Notes: generated by a model from the letters alone, not told the origin. Positions 1 to 9,064 are shown, counted from the whole stretch's first letter. The stretch is DNA of 23,307 bases, filler included, from Malassezia furfur (GCA_052055015.1; 21 parts of 21 records of this genome joined end to end with filler, not necessarily neighbours in it); one strand, 5' to 3'. Translations and numbers: made by a program.

Positions 1-1
1 G

Positions 2-145
2 CGCGAGGCGCGCGCTGTGCGCGAGGCGCCCGCCGTGACCGAGGCGCCCGCCGTGACCGAGGCGCCCGCCGTGGCTGCTGCGCCCGCTCTGACCAAGGCG
101 TCGACTGTGACCACTGCGCCGGCTGTGACCACTGCGCCGGCTGCG
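2..145 (+). repeat. Coding 18-nt tandem repeat, about 8 degenerate units (REARAV REAPAV TEAPAV TEAPAV AAAPAL TKASTV TTAPAV TTAPAA)
   Basis: GAGGCGCCCGCCGTGACC and GTGACCACTGCGCCGGCT units read directly from the sequence. Confidence 0.85.
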
Positions 146-1036
146 CCGGCTGCGACCGCCGAGCCCGCCGCGACCGCCGCACCGACGTCGCCAATGTCGC
201 CTGCCCTGCCCTTTGTCGCACAGAGCAAGAACCCCTTCATGACGGTGCGCCGCGTCCAGCACGACGCCGAACCGCTCCCGGCGCGCGCGCAGCGTGCGTG
301 GCCGGCCGCGGACACGCGCCGTGCGTCGCCGGCCCCGACGGGCTTCCAGTCGCTTGCAGAGAAGCCGCTGGCCACGACGGCCGCGGTGCCGAAGCAGGCC
401 ACAGAGGCGCCCGCGCCCGAGGCCCTCGAGGCGTCCGAGTACTTTGAGATGCCCGAGCCGACCGTGGACGCAGCGGACCACACGTTTGCGACGGCCGACG
501 AGCCCCACGAGGTCCCGGAGCAGGCCTACGGCGCCGAGCACGCCGCCGAGGACGCCGAGCACCTGTATGCGGAGGCGGCGCACCCGGCCGAGCCCACGTA
601 CGCAGAGGGCCCTGTGGAGCACACCTACATGGAGGAGCCCCTGCCGCAGGAGCCCCTGCCGCAGGAGCACCTCTCGGAGGAGCACCTCGCCGAGCACCTC
701 GCCGAGCACCCCGCCGAGCACACGTACGCGGCCGAGCACACGTACGAGGCGCCCGCACACTACGGCGCCGAGCACGTCAAGAGCCCCGCGCACGCGTCCG
801 AGTACTACACGAACGATATGCCTTCGCACGCGTTCGACTACGTCGACTCGCGCGCCGACGAGCACGCGCCCGACTCGGCGCGCCCCGACTACGAGTACGA
901 CCTGGATGCGGCGCAGCACACGGGCCCCGACGCGCTGTTCTCGCCCGAGCTGTCGAGCACCGACGCGTCGTGGCCCGAGCGCACCGAGGTGGAGGCGGAA
1001 GCGGCCGCCCCGGACGCCACCCCCGACGCGGCCCCT
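2..1036 (+). CDS. Low-complexity Ala/Pro/Glu/His-rich protein, internal fragment, function unknown
   Basis: Frame is open across the whole contig with strong third-position GC bias. Contains xEAPAV hexapeptide repeats, an NPF motif and AEH/EPLPQ repeats. No domain recognised. Confidence 0.6.
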
Positions 1037-1136
1037 NNNNNNNNNNNNNNNNNNNNNNNNNNNNNNNNNNNNNNNNNNNNTTAATTAATTAANNNNNNNN
1101 NNNNNNNNNNNNNNNNNNNNNNNNNNNNNNNNNNNN
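1037..1136. other. Artificial contig-joining linker N44-TTAATTAATTAA-N44 (first of 20 copies)
   Basis: Identical 100-bp spacer with stops in all six frames, starting at 1037, 2171, 3302, 4432, 5562, 6681, 7798, 8915, 10029, 11142, 12254, 13364, 14474, 15583, 16692, 17797, 18902, 20005, 21107 and 22208. Contig lengths never increase along the window (1036, 1034, 1031 ... 1001, 1000). Confidence 0.99.
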
Positions 1137-2123
1137 GGCTGAGGCCGGCGCCACGGTCGGCACCGCCTGCGGCACGGGTGCGCACGGAGCCGAGGCCAGC
1201 TTGGGCGCCTCACGCACCGCCGCCTCCTCGCGCTGCGGCACCGACGCATCAGCAACACCCTGGCGGCCCGTGCGCACCGCCGGCTTCGCACGCGTTGGGC
1301 TCTCCGGCGCGCTGTCCTCGCCCGGTGACGCGGCACGCAGCACGGGCGAGCTCGGCGGGAGCGGTGCAGCTCGCTTCGTGGGCGACACGCCCGACACGGG
1401 TGCACGCGCGCGAGACACTGGCGCCTTGGTCGGCGCGGGCGCAACAAAGCGCAGGCGCACACCGAAAAAGTCGAGCTGCGTTTCGTTGGGCATCAGGCGG
1501 AGCACTTGGCCAGGGCGACGGCGCTCGCCGTTGACGATCAACCCGTTCTGCCCAACAATGCGCACGACAAACGTGCCGCTCATGGCCTGCGGCGGCGCGT
1601 CCACCGGGCTCGTAAACGGCACCCAGCGGATCAGCGCATGGATCCGACTAACGTGCTTGGCTGTGCCGGGCAGCGGCACACACACCGCGGGCTGCGTGCC
1701 CATGAACGTGGGGCTAATCTCACTCGCGGCCGCGCGGTCGAGCACCTTGGCGCGGCCGATGACGAGCGTATGCGTGTAGTTGGCTTGAAGCACATCCCCA
1801 CGCGGCGTCGCACGGATTCCGACGTCGGGGTCGGCATTCACCGTCACGGAGCGGCGCATCGGTACCGCCGCACGCTTCACAGGCGAGCCCGTGTGTACAG
1901 GCACGCGCTCGGCTGCAGCCTGACGCGATGCCGCGTGCTCGAGCGCCTCGGCGAACAGCGAGAAGGGATGGTCGCGCACCGTCGGCGACGACGGCGGCGG
2001 CGTAGCGACCGTGGAGGGAACATACGCCTGCTTAGCATGCTTGGCATGGCCGCTGGGGGACGACGGCACGTCGTGGTCCGACGAGGGCACGGGTGTCGCG
2101 GGCTGCACCCAAGGACCCAGCAT
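1137..2123 (-). CDS. FHA-domain protein, Tos4/Plm2-like, 3'-partial
   Basis: FHA hallmarks LVIGR ... HVSRIHA ... GQNGLIVNG flanked by Ser/Pro-rich segments (PPSSP, SPVKR, SPTKR). First ATG at 2123 in a CCACCATG context. Confidence 0.7.
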
Positions 2124-2271
2124 GGTGGGAAACGCGCGAAGCACCCGCGCGCGGCGCGTCGCAACGCGCANNNNNNNNNNNNNNNNNNNNNNNNNNNNNN
2201 NNNNNNNNNNNNNNTTAATTAATTAANNNNNNNNNNNNNNNNNNNNNNNNNNNNNNNNNNNNNNNNNNNNG

Positions 2272-3114
2272 CCGCACGACGATGCACTCGAGCGGCACGG
2301 CGAGCAGCTGGAGGAGGAGGACCACAATGAGGTACGTCGCGAACCCGAGCACGGTCGCCTTGGTCGTCGCGGAGCTCGGCCCCTCAAAGTCGTCCTGCGC
2401 CGGGTCCGACGGGACGAGCGGCTCGTAGCGCGGCAGCAGCGCACGGTCCGCGGCGATCGACAGCGTCGACACGAGCGACACGCGCAGCAGCATCGCCGGG
2501 AGCAGGCCCGGCAGGCGGAAGAGCTGCCATGGCCGCCGCAGCTCCGTGGGCGACAGCACCTCGCGCAGGCTCTCGCGTGGCCGGAACCAGTCGAGCCGGC
2601 GGGGATGCACCATGGTGCGTTTGAGCACCACATCGAACGGCAGCACCACGAGCGCCTGCAGCAGTTCCGAGACGACCGCCCAGACAAAGGGCGTGCGCGG
2701 CATCGCCATCGCGTTGTCGATCGTCGTGGCCGAAGACAGGAAGAAGAGGACGCCGATCGTGTAGGTGACAAAGACGCCGCTCGCGACGATGGTGGTGCCC
2801 TGGTACAGCCCCCGCCAGCCCTCGAGGCGCTTGGTGCGCGCGATCATGGGAAACACGCCGCCGACGACCGGCCCGATCTTGGCCGTGGCGCGCTTCGCGC
2901 GCATGAGCAGCGAGCGCAGCACGGAGCGGTGCTCGATCGTATCGAGCTCGCCCTCGTTCAGGACGTTGGTGAGCGACACGGCCTTGGGCAGGTAGTTGGC
3001 CCGCAGGCGCGTGATCGATACAAAAAACGGCATCGTACATAACAACACTACACCCACGCCCGCGGCGTACGCCACGGACGCCGCCAGGAACGTCAGCGTC
3101 GACGCCCCGCTCAT
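2272..3114 (-). CDS. Degenerate mitochondrial-carrier (SLC25)-like membrane protein, paralogue A, 3'-partial
   Basis: Hydrophobic helices with carrier-type motifs EGWRGLYQG, PFDVVLKR and PLECIVVR. Clear similarity to the ORF at 19003-19953. Confidence 0.7.
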
Positions 3115-3175
3115 CGTGCACGCAGCGTGTCAGGCCCCGCGCGGCCGTGCACGACCCCACATGGAGCCACGTGGG

Positions 3176-3301
3176 CTATTGGCCGGGCGGCGCCGCGTGC
3201 TCGAGGAGCAGCGCCACGAGCGCGACGCCGGCGCCGCGCGTGAGGCTCGCGGCGCCCTCCTCGGCGAGCATCGTCACGAAGCAGTCCCACGCGCCCACGT
3301 A
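3176..3301 (-). CDS. C-terminus of another mitochondrial-carrier-like protein (not in ORF track)
   Basis: Manual translation gives YVGAWDCFVTMLAEEGAASLTRGAGVALVALLLEHAAPPGQ*. YxGxxDC...EEGxxxLxRG is the second half of a carrier repeat. The stop lies 61 bp upstream of the paralogue A ATG on the same strand. Confidence 0.75.
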   Translation of the reverse strand, partial: YVGAWDCFVTMLAEEGAASLTRGAGVALVALLLEHAAPPGQ

Positions 3302-3403
3302 NNNNNNNNNNNNNNNNNNNNNNNNNNNNNNNNNNNNNNNNNNNNTTAATTAATTAANNNNNNNNNNNNNNNNNNNNNNNNNNNNNNNNNNNNNNNNNNN
3401 NGG

Positions 3404-4429
3404 GGCGGCCGGCGCGGCGGCCGACAACGACACGGACAGCAGCGCGTTCGCCAGCGTCGGCACGTACGCGGGCGGCGGCTCAGCGGGCACGGGCGTCGAG
3501 GACCGGGGCAGGGGGTCGGCCGCCGCCAGTGCCGACGCCGAGGTGATCGGGACTGCCGACGCCAGCGGCGACGAGACGCCCATCGGCGAGGCGGTGCGCA
3601 CGGGCGTCGACGACCGCGCGGGAGGCGACATGCCCCCCGGCGTGGACGCACGCGGCGCACGCGGCGGCACCAGCGGCGACGACGACAGCGGAGACCCGGG
3701 CTGTGATGCAGACGCCGCTCGCTGCATACGCGGAGGTGTGCTTTGGGGGTGCAGGGGCGGCGGCGGCGGCCGCCACGCCGTTCCGGGCGACGTGGGCGTC
3801 GCCCGCGCTTCGGCGGCGGCTCCGCTTCCGCCAGGCTGTGGCAGGGGACGCCGTACCGACGCGGTGCGCGGCGAGGGAAGCGGCCGGCTACGGTCGAACG
3901 ACCAGCTGTTCCCATAGATGGCCTCGTGCGCCGAGACGTGGGCGGCGTGCGGCCGTGTGCGTGCCATGGCCGCGGCCGCCGCGACGTCGGCGGGGGTCGT
4001 GGGGAGGACCGGGTGGGTGTACGATGCACTTGCCCACGACGCGTCGTCGACGGACGTGTCGGTCGCCGTGTTCCATTGCGACAAGAGGTCGGGCGCGTTG
4101 GACGACGACGCTGACTCGTCGGCGGCAAGCGGCTGGAGCCACTGGGCGCTGGGCGAGCGCGGCACACTCCACGGCCCGCTGGGCGAGCGCGGCAGGTTCC
4201 ACGGCACGCTGGGCGAGCGTGGGATGTTCCACGGCACGCTGGGCGAGCGCGGCGGACCCCACGGCACGCTGGGCGCACTGGGCGAGCGCGGCAGGAGGCT
4301 CGCGGACGGGATCGGCGAGAGGCCCTGCGTCCCCGGCGAGCACGGGGGCCCGGCGACCAGGCCCGGCGTGCTGTTGGAGCGCATGTGCGCCAGCGGCGAG
4401 CGCGATGCCGGTACGTCGCAGGACAAGGC
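3404..4429 (-). CDS. Pro/Ser-rich, probably disordered protein with PRSPSxPW repeats, internal fragment
   Basis: Open across the contig, with five PRSPS-type units and a PPAY motif. No domain recognised. Confidence 0.6.
4141..4292 (-). repeat. Coding 30-nt tandem repeat (PRSPSVPWNx), about 5 units
   Basis: GCTGGGCGAGCG recurs on the + strand at 4148, 4178, 4208 and 4238, with a further offset copy near 4278. Confidence 0.9.
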
Positions 4430-4533
4430 GANNNNNNNNNNNNNNNNNNNNNNNNNNNNNNNNNNNNNNNNNNNNTTAATTAATTAANNNNNNNNNNNNN
4501 NNNNNNNNNNNNNNNNNNNNNNNNNNNNNNNTG

Positions 4534-5559
4534 CGCCGCCTCCACCGGCCCCCCCGCGTGCGCGGCGGCGCACTCCGTAGAGCACGTGTCGTGCTGCGTG
4601 CTGACATAACGCTGTGGGATAACGTCTGCGGCCGCACGCGCTGCGAGGTGCATCGGTCGGCCACCGCGGAGAGCATGCCGCTGGAGCATTTTGGCGGACC
4701 TCGCCTCGGCGAGGGAAGCAATCGGCGCGCGCCACGGCCGCTGAGTGAGCCCGGCGTGCTGGATGCGCGGCGTGCGGGCGTGAGCCGTGCGGCGTCCGAC
4801 GCGCATGCTGCGCGGCAAGCGCGCGATCGGCTGCGCTCGGAGCGCGGCGATGCGGGCGATGCGGGCGACGACGAGGACCGTGCGGTGCTTTCTAAACTGA
4901 CGGGCGTGAGCCGCTCCGTGTCGTGGGGCCGCGCGCAGGCCGAGGCGAGCCACCGTGCGCCGTCGTCGGCGTGCACGTCCGGCGACCAGACGCCCAAGCC
5001 GATGCGCAGTGCGTCGGCGCGCACGCCGTCCGGCTCGCGGCTGCGCCCGCACTACACGAACGCGGCGCTGTCCATGTCGCCGACGGTGTCGAGCAACGAT
5101 ATACCCGAAGACGCCGAGCTGGCGTCGCAGCGGTCGAGCCCTGCGTCGAGCGCGGCCTTTTCGCTGCGCTCGCTGTCGAGTCTGAGCCGGCACGGCTCGC
5201 TGCGCGAGCAGGATACCCATGCGGGCGAGGCGCTGCGCCAGTGGCAGGCCTCCCCCGCTCCGGCGCCGACCTCTGCGCCGCCGTCCGCGCCCGAGCGGCC
5301 GCCGCGGCGCCCTGTGATGGAGGCGGCGGCGCCCGGCGAGCTGCAGCGCCCCATTGTGCTCAGCCCGAAGCAAGAGGCGTGTGAGTCGTTTGCGCCCGAG
5401 GCGTACGACGTGCCGCCGCCACGCGTGCAGCCGGGGCGCCTCGACCAGGCGCTGCCGCCGCTGCCGCCCGACGAGGCGCCGTCGAGCCGCATGCCTGCGC
5501 TCGATCTGGCGGCGCCCGTGTCCCCCCGGACGGCGGTCGCGCGGCCCGAGGGCGAGGCG
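4534..5559 (+). CDS. Hypothetical Ser/Arg/Pro-rich protein, internal fragment
   Basis: Longest frame, open across the whole contig with plausible codon usage. No recognisable domain. Confidence 0.5.
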
Positions 5560-5661
5560 GTNNNNNNNNNNNNNNNNNNNNNNNNNNNNNNNNNNNNNNN
5601 NNNNNTTAATTAATTAANNNNNNNNNNNNNNNNNNNNNNNNNNNNNNNNNNNNNNNNNNNN

Positions 5662-6276
5662 GCGGCGCCCGGCACCGCCGCCGCGCCGCCCAGCATCGCA
5701 AGCACATTCGCAGGCAGGCCCGGAGGGCCGAGCGGGGGATCTACCTTGGGCGATTTGCTGCCCTCGGGCTCATCGGTATAGTCGTGAATACGCTGTAGGA
5801 TCTTGGGCGCAAACGTCCCCGCGCGGTCCCAGATATCAATCACCTTGAGCACCTTTTCGCGCTGCTCGGGCGGCGCGTGGCGCAGGCAGTCGATCCCGAC
5901 CTCGGCCGCGGGCTCCTGCAGCGCGCGAAGAAACGCCTGCGCGTCGGCGGCGAGCTGCTCTGCCGACTGGCCGGGCGGCGCAAAGCCGGCGCCGTTGCGG
6001 CGCACGACCTCCTGCGCATGCCGCGCGACGGCGTCAAAGATGTACAGCGACACGAGCTTGGTTTTGGGCGCGCTGCGCAGGTGCGCGCGCACCATGGCCT
6101 TGGCGAGGCCGGCTGGGTCCTGCGTCAGTGAAGGCCACGCACCACCAGCGCCTTGGTCGCGCTCTCGGTCACCGCCTTGACGCGCGAGCCCGACAGCTTA
6201 TTCTGGGCAATCGTCTCGTGCAGCAGTGCTGCAAACGCCTGCGTCAGCGCGCACCACGCACCTCGATCTCGGCCAT
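5662..6276 (-). CDS. CTD-interacting domain (CID) protein, Seb1/Nrd1-like; exons 6276-6262, 6238-6143, 6119-5662; 3'-partial
   Basis: Spliced product MAEIE/AFAALLHETIAQNKLSGSRVKAVTESATKALV/DPAGLAKAMVRAH...KLVSLYIFDAVAR...REKVLKVIDIWDR carries CID motifs. Removing two GT-AG introns joins three frames into one. Confidence 0.8.
6120..6142 (-). other. 23-nt spliceosomal intron (intron 2 of CID gene)
   Basis: GTGCGTGGCCTTCACTGACGCAG. Removal restores the frame and deletes an in-frame TGA. Confidence 0.85.
6239..6261 (-). other. 23-nt spliceosomal intron (intron 1 of CID gene)
   Basis: GTGCGTGGTGCGCGCTGACGCAG. Links the ATG exon (MAEIE) in frame to exon 2. Confidence 0.8.
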
Positions 6277-6343
6277 CGTCTTGGACGCCGGGAACCTTGC
6301 ACACGTGCTGACTCAGCAAGCGCCGCAGCGTCGTCCTGCGTGC
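6277..6343. promoter_or_regulatory. 67-bp divergent intergenic region with CACGTG (6302-6307) and near-palindromic TGCTGACTCAGCA (6306-6318)
   Basis: Lies between the two divergent ATGs. The motifs are read directly; their function is inferred. Confidence 0.45.
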
Positions 6344-6680
6344 ATGGTGTATTTGAAGCACTGGAACGACTTCAAGGCCGAGGCGCTGCGCGTGTACGCC
6401 GCGGCGCCGGAGCGGGTGCGTGTGTGCCGGCGGACTGACCCAGACCCGGTTCGTGCTCAAGGCGCGCCCGAGCGCGCAGACGCTCGTGCTTAAGCTCACC
6501 GACGACCGCGTGGTAGGTTTTTTCGTACGTGCAGCTCACCCGCAGACGCTCAAGTACCGCGCCAAGTCGGCCATCATCCTGAACCGTCTCGACGAGTTCC
6601 AGCGCACGCTCGCCGAGGCGATGTCGGGCGTGGCGCCCGCGGCGCCCAAGGCGGCCGAGGCGGCGCCCGCGCCCGCGCCC
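6344..6680 (+). CDS. SRP9: Signal recognition particle Alu-domain subunit SRP9/Srp21; exons 6344-6415, 6444-6512, 6546-6680; 3'-partial
   Basis: Spliced product MVYLKHWNDFKAEALRVYAAAPER/TRFVLKARPSAQTLVLKLTDDRV/TLKYRAKSAIILNRLDEF follows the SRP9-21 pattern (W.xF...LY..P..TR...K...LVLKxTDD...LKY). Confidence 0.85.
6416..6443 (+). other. 28-nt spliceosomal intron (SRP9 intron 1)
   Basis: GTGCGTGTGTGCCGGCGGACTGACCCAG. Removal is required to join the two SRP9-like frames. Confidence 0.85.
6513..6545 (+). other. 33-nt in-frame, stop-free intron (SRP9 intron 2)
   Basis: GTAGGT...CTCACCCGCAG, T-rich. Removal gives TDDRV-TLKY, the spacing expected for SRP9. Confidence 0.7.
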
Positions 6681-6782
6681 NNNNNNNNNNNNNNNNNNNN
6701 NNNNNNNNNNNNNNNNNNNNNNNNTTAATTAATTAANNNNNNNNNNNNNNNNNNNNNNNNNNNNNNNNNNNNNNNNNNNNTT

Positions 6783-7688
6783 GTGTTCATGTCGAGCACC
6801 GACGCGGTCGACTTCCACTGGCGCGCGCTCGGCGGCGCGCAGATGCGACACGCCGACGCGGCCGACGCGCCCGCCGAGGCGGCCGAGGCGGCCGATGCGC
6901 CGCTCGCGCAGTACAGCGAGCTGCTCCCCCACACGCCCATCTACCGCCTGCACGGCAACATGACGCAGAAAGAGCGCATTGCGTCGCTGCGCGCCTTCCG
7001 CACGCTCACCGACGACTCGGGGCGCACCGAAGCGCGCCGCGGCGGCGTGCTGGTGTGCACGTCGGTGGCCTCGCGTGGTCTCGACCTGCCCGACGTGCGC
7101 TGCGTCGTGCAGATGGACGTGCCGACCGAGGGCGTCGAGGAGTACGTCCACCGCGTCGGCCGCACGGCGCGTGCCGGGCGCCAGGGCTCGAGCTGGCTGC
7201 TGCTGCTCCCGCACGAGCAGCCGTGGCTCGACACGCTGCGTGCGCGCATGGTCGTGCAGCCGAGCGCCGACGCCGCGCCGCGCCCCGCGCACCTGTCGGT
7301 CGTGGGCCTCGACACGGTGCTGTACGAGGGCTTTGGCGGCGCGGCGCGCGAGTACGAGTCGCGTGCGACCGACGTGCAGATGGCGCTCGAGCGCTGGGTG
7401 CTCGCGGCGCCTGCGCACGCGTCGCTCGCGCGCGACGCCTTTTTGTCGCACATCCGCGCGTACACGACGCACCCCACCGAGGACAAGGGCGTGTTCAACG
7501 TGAACCAGCTGCACCTCGGCCACCTCGCCAAGGCGTTTGCGCTGCGCGAGGCGCCCAACACGGTGCAGCGCACCGCGAAGCGCGAGCACGACAAAAAGAC
7601 GCAGAAGGAGCCGCGCCGCGCGGCCGCGGACGACGCCGAGGCGCGCCGCAAGCGCATGCTCGCCAACCTCCCGACAGAAAGTATGTAG
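6783..7688 (+). CDS. DBP7: DEAD-box RNA helicase Dbp7/DDX31, C-terminal half, 5'-partial
   Basis: LHGNMTQKER, motif V TSVASRGLD, motif VI YVHRVGRTARAG, and the Dbp7-type tail AFLSHIRAYTTH...LHLGHLAKAFALREAP. Confidence 0.88.
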   Translation: MFMSSTDAVDFHWRALGGAQMRHADAADAPAEAAEAADAPLAQYSELLPHTPIYRLHGNMTQKERIASLRAFRTLTDDSGRTEARRGGVLVCTSVASRGLDLPDVRCVVQMDVPTEGVEEYVHRVGRTARAGRQGSSWLLLLPHEQPWLDTLRARMVVQPSADAAPRPAHLSVVGLDTVLYEGFGGAAREYESRATDVQMALERWVLAAPAHASLARDAFLSHIRAYTTHPTEDKGVFNVNQLHLGHLAKAFALREAPNTVQRTAKREHDKKTQKEPRRAAADDAEARRKRMLANLPTESM

Positions 7689-7694
7689 ACTACA

Positions 7695-7796
7695 TTACGC
7701 GTCCGTGCGCGCGCGCTTCGCCCCGATCTCGGGGGGCGCGTCGGCCTTGCGCTTGTCGCCGTCGCCGCGGCCACCACGCGCACCGCCGCGCCCCCC
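7695..7796 (-). CDS. C-terminus of an RGG-rich protein with a bipartite NLS-like tail (not in ORF track)
   Basis: Manual translation gives GGRGGARGGRGDGDKRKADAPPEIGAKRARTDA*, convergent with DBP7. Confidence 0.6.
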   Translation of the reverse strand, partial: GGRGGARGGRGDGDKRKADAPPEIGAKRARTDA

Positions 7797-7897
7797 GNNN
7801 NNNNNNNNNNNNNNNNNNNNNNNNNNNNNNNNNNNNNNNNNTTAATTAATTAANNNNNNNNNNNNNNNNNNNNNNNNNNNNNNNNNNNNNNNNNNNN

Positions 7898-8914
7898 CGC
7901 CTCGGGCGCCGCGGCCTCGGCCGCGGCGGGTGCAGACGTCGACGCGGGCGCCGATGCGGGCAGCGAAAAGCCCAGCGCCGACAGCGCGCGCTCGGCGACC
8001 GTGCGCTGGTCGGTGTCCTCGTCTTCCTCGCCGGCGTATTCGGACCCAACACTCTCGACATCCTCCCATTGCGCCTCGTGTGTGTCCGACGTAGCCGCAT
8101 CAAACTGCGCCGTCGGCGGTTCCACGGGCGTGCTTTGCACCGGCGGGGGCAGGTGCGTGGCGACGGGCGCCGCAGCGGCCACCGGCTCGGTGGGCAGCAC
8201 CCTTGGCTGCACCAGAGACTCGGTGACATGCGCCGACCCATCCGAGGCGCCGCGGTGCGGCACGTCGGTCGCAATCTTGTGCGCGATCGGCGACGCTTCT
8301 GGCGCCAGCACCACCTGCTGAACCTCGGTCACGGGCGGCGCCACGGGCGAGGTGGCCGCGGCGGGCGCGGGCGCCGAAGGGGTGCGCTGCACACGCTCTT
8401 GCTGCGCGTGCGTTGGCTGGGGCACGAACGGTGCGTACGCGGGCTCGGCGGGCACGGCCGAGGCGTATGCGGGCTCGGCAGGCACGGCAGGAGCGTACGC
8501 GGGCTCGGCAGGCACGGGCTGCGCACGCGCGGCTTGAGCCGCCGTCGGGGCAGCATGCACGGCCTCGTCCGGCACCTCGGCCGGCATCGACTCGGCCAGC
8601 TCGGGGTCGATCACCGACCACCGCGCGGCGCCCCGCAGCATCGCCTCGGCCTCGGCCATCTGCGCCGCCGCCCGCCGCTTCGCCTCGGCGTCCTGCACGT
8701 GTGCCGAGCCGCGGAGCTTGGCCTCGGTCTCGGCAATGTGCGCCGCACGCGACACCTCGGGCGCGGGCGCCTCGGCCTCCTCGGGTTCCGGCACGGTGCG
8801 CAGGCGCGATGCGGACGACGCACGCTGCGTCGCCCGCTGCGGCGCGTCGGACAGAATGTAGCCGCGGCGCGCGCTGCGCAGGGGCCGTGCGCCGTCCGCC
8901 TCGGCGTCCGTGGC
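7898..8914 (-). CDS. Low-complexity Ala/Pro/Glu-rich protein, internal fragment
   Basis: Open across the whole contig. Contains VPAEPAYAxA x3, two AAxxAExEAxLRGxA units and an acidic WEDVESVGSEYAGEEDEDTD patch. Confidence 0.6.
8425..8519 (-). repeat. Coding 30-nt tandem repeat x3 (VPAEPAYAPA)
   Basis: GCGTA(C/T)GCGGGCTCGGC(A/G)GGCACGG recurs on the + strand with a 30-nt period. Confidence 0.85.
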
Positions 8915-9064
8915 NNNNNNNNNNNNNNNNNNNNNNNNNNNNNNNNNNNNNNNNNNNNTTAATTAATTAANNNNNNNNNNNNNNNNNNNNNNNNNNNNNN
9001 NNNNNNNNNNNNNNCCCCCCCCCGGCCGGGCAGCGTTCGTAGCCCGATTGATGGCCCGATGTGG

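Noticed and set aside
1137..1230. AVREAP shared by the end of contig 2's protein and the contig 1 repeats, suggesting one gene
   Set aside because: Short low-complexity match with no sequence overlap; insufficient support.
7681..7700. GTATGT at the end of DBP7 as a possible 5' splice site extending the protein
   Set aside because: No branch motif or suitable acceptor follows within the contig, and the downstream DNA is explained by a convergent gene.
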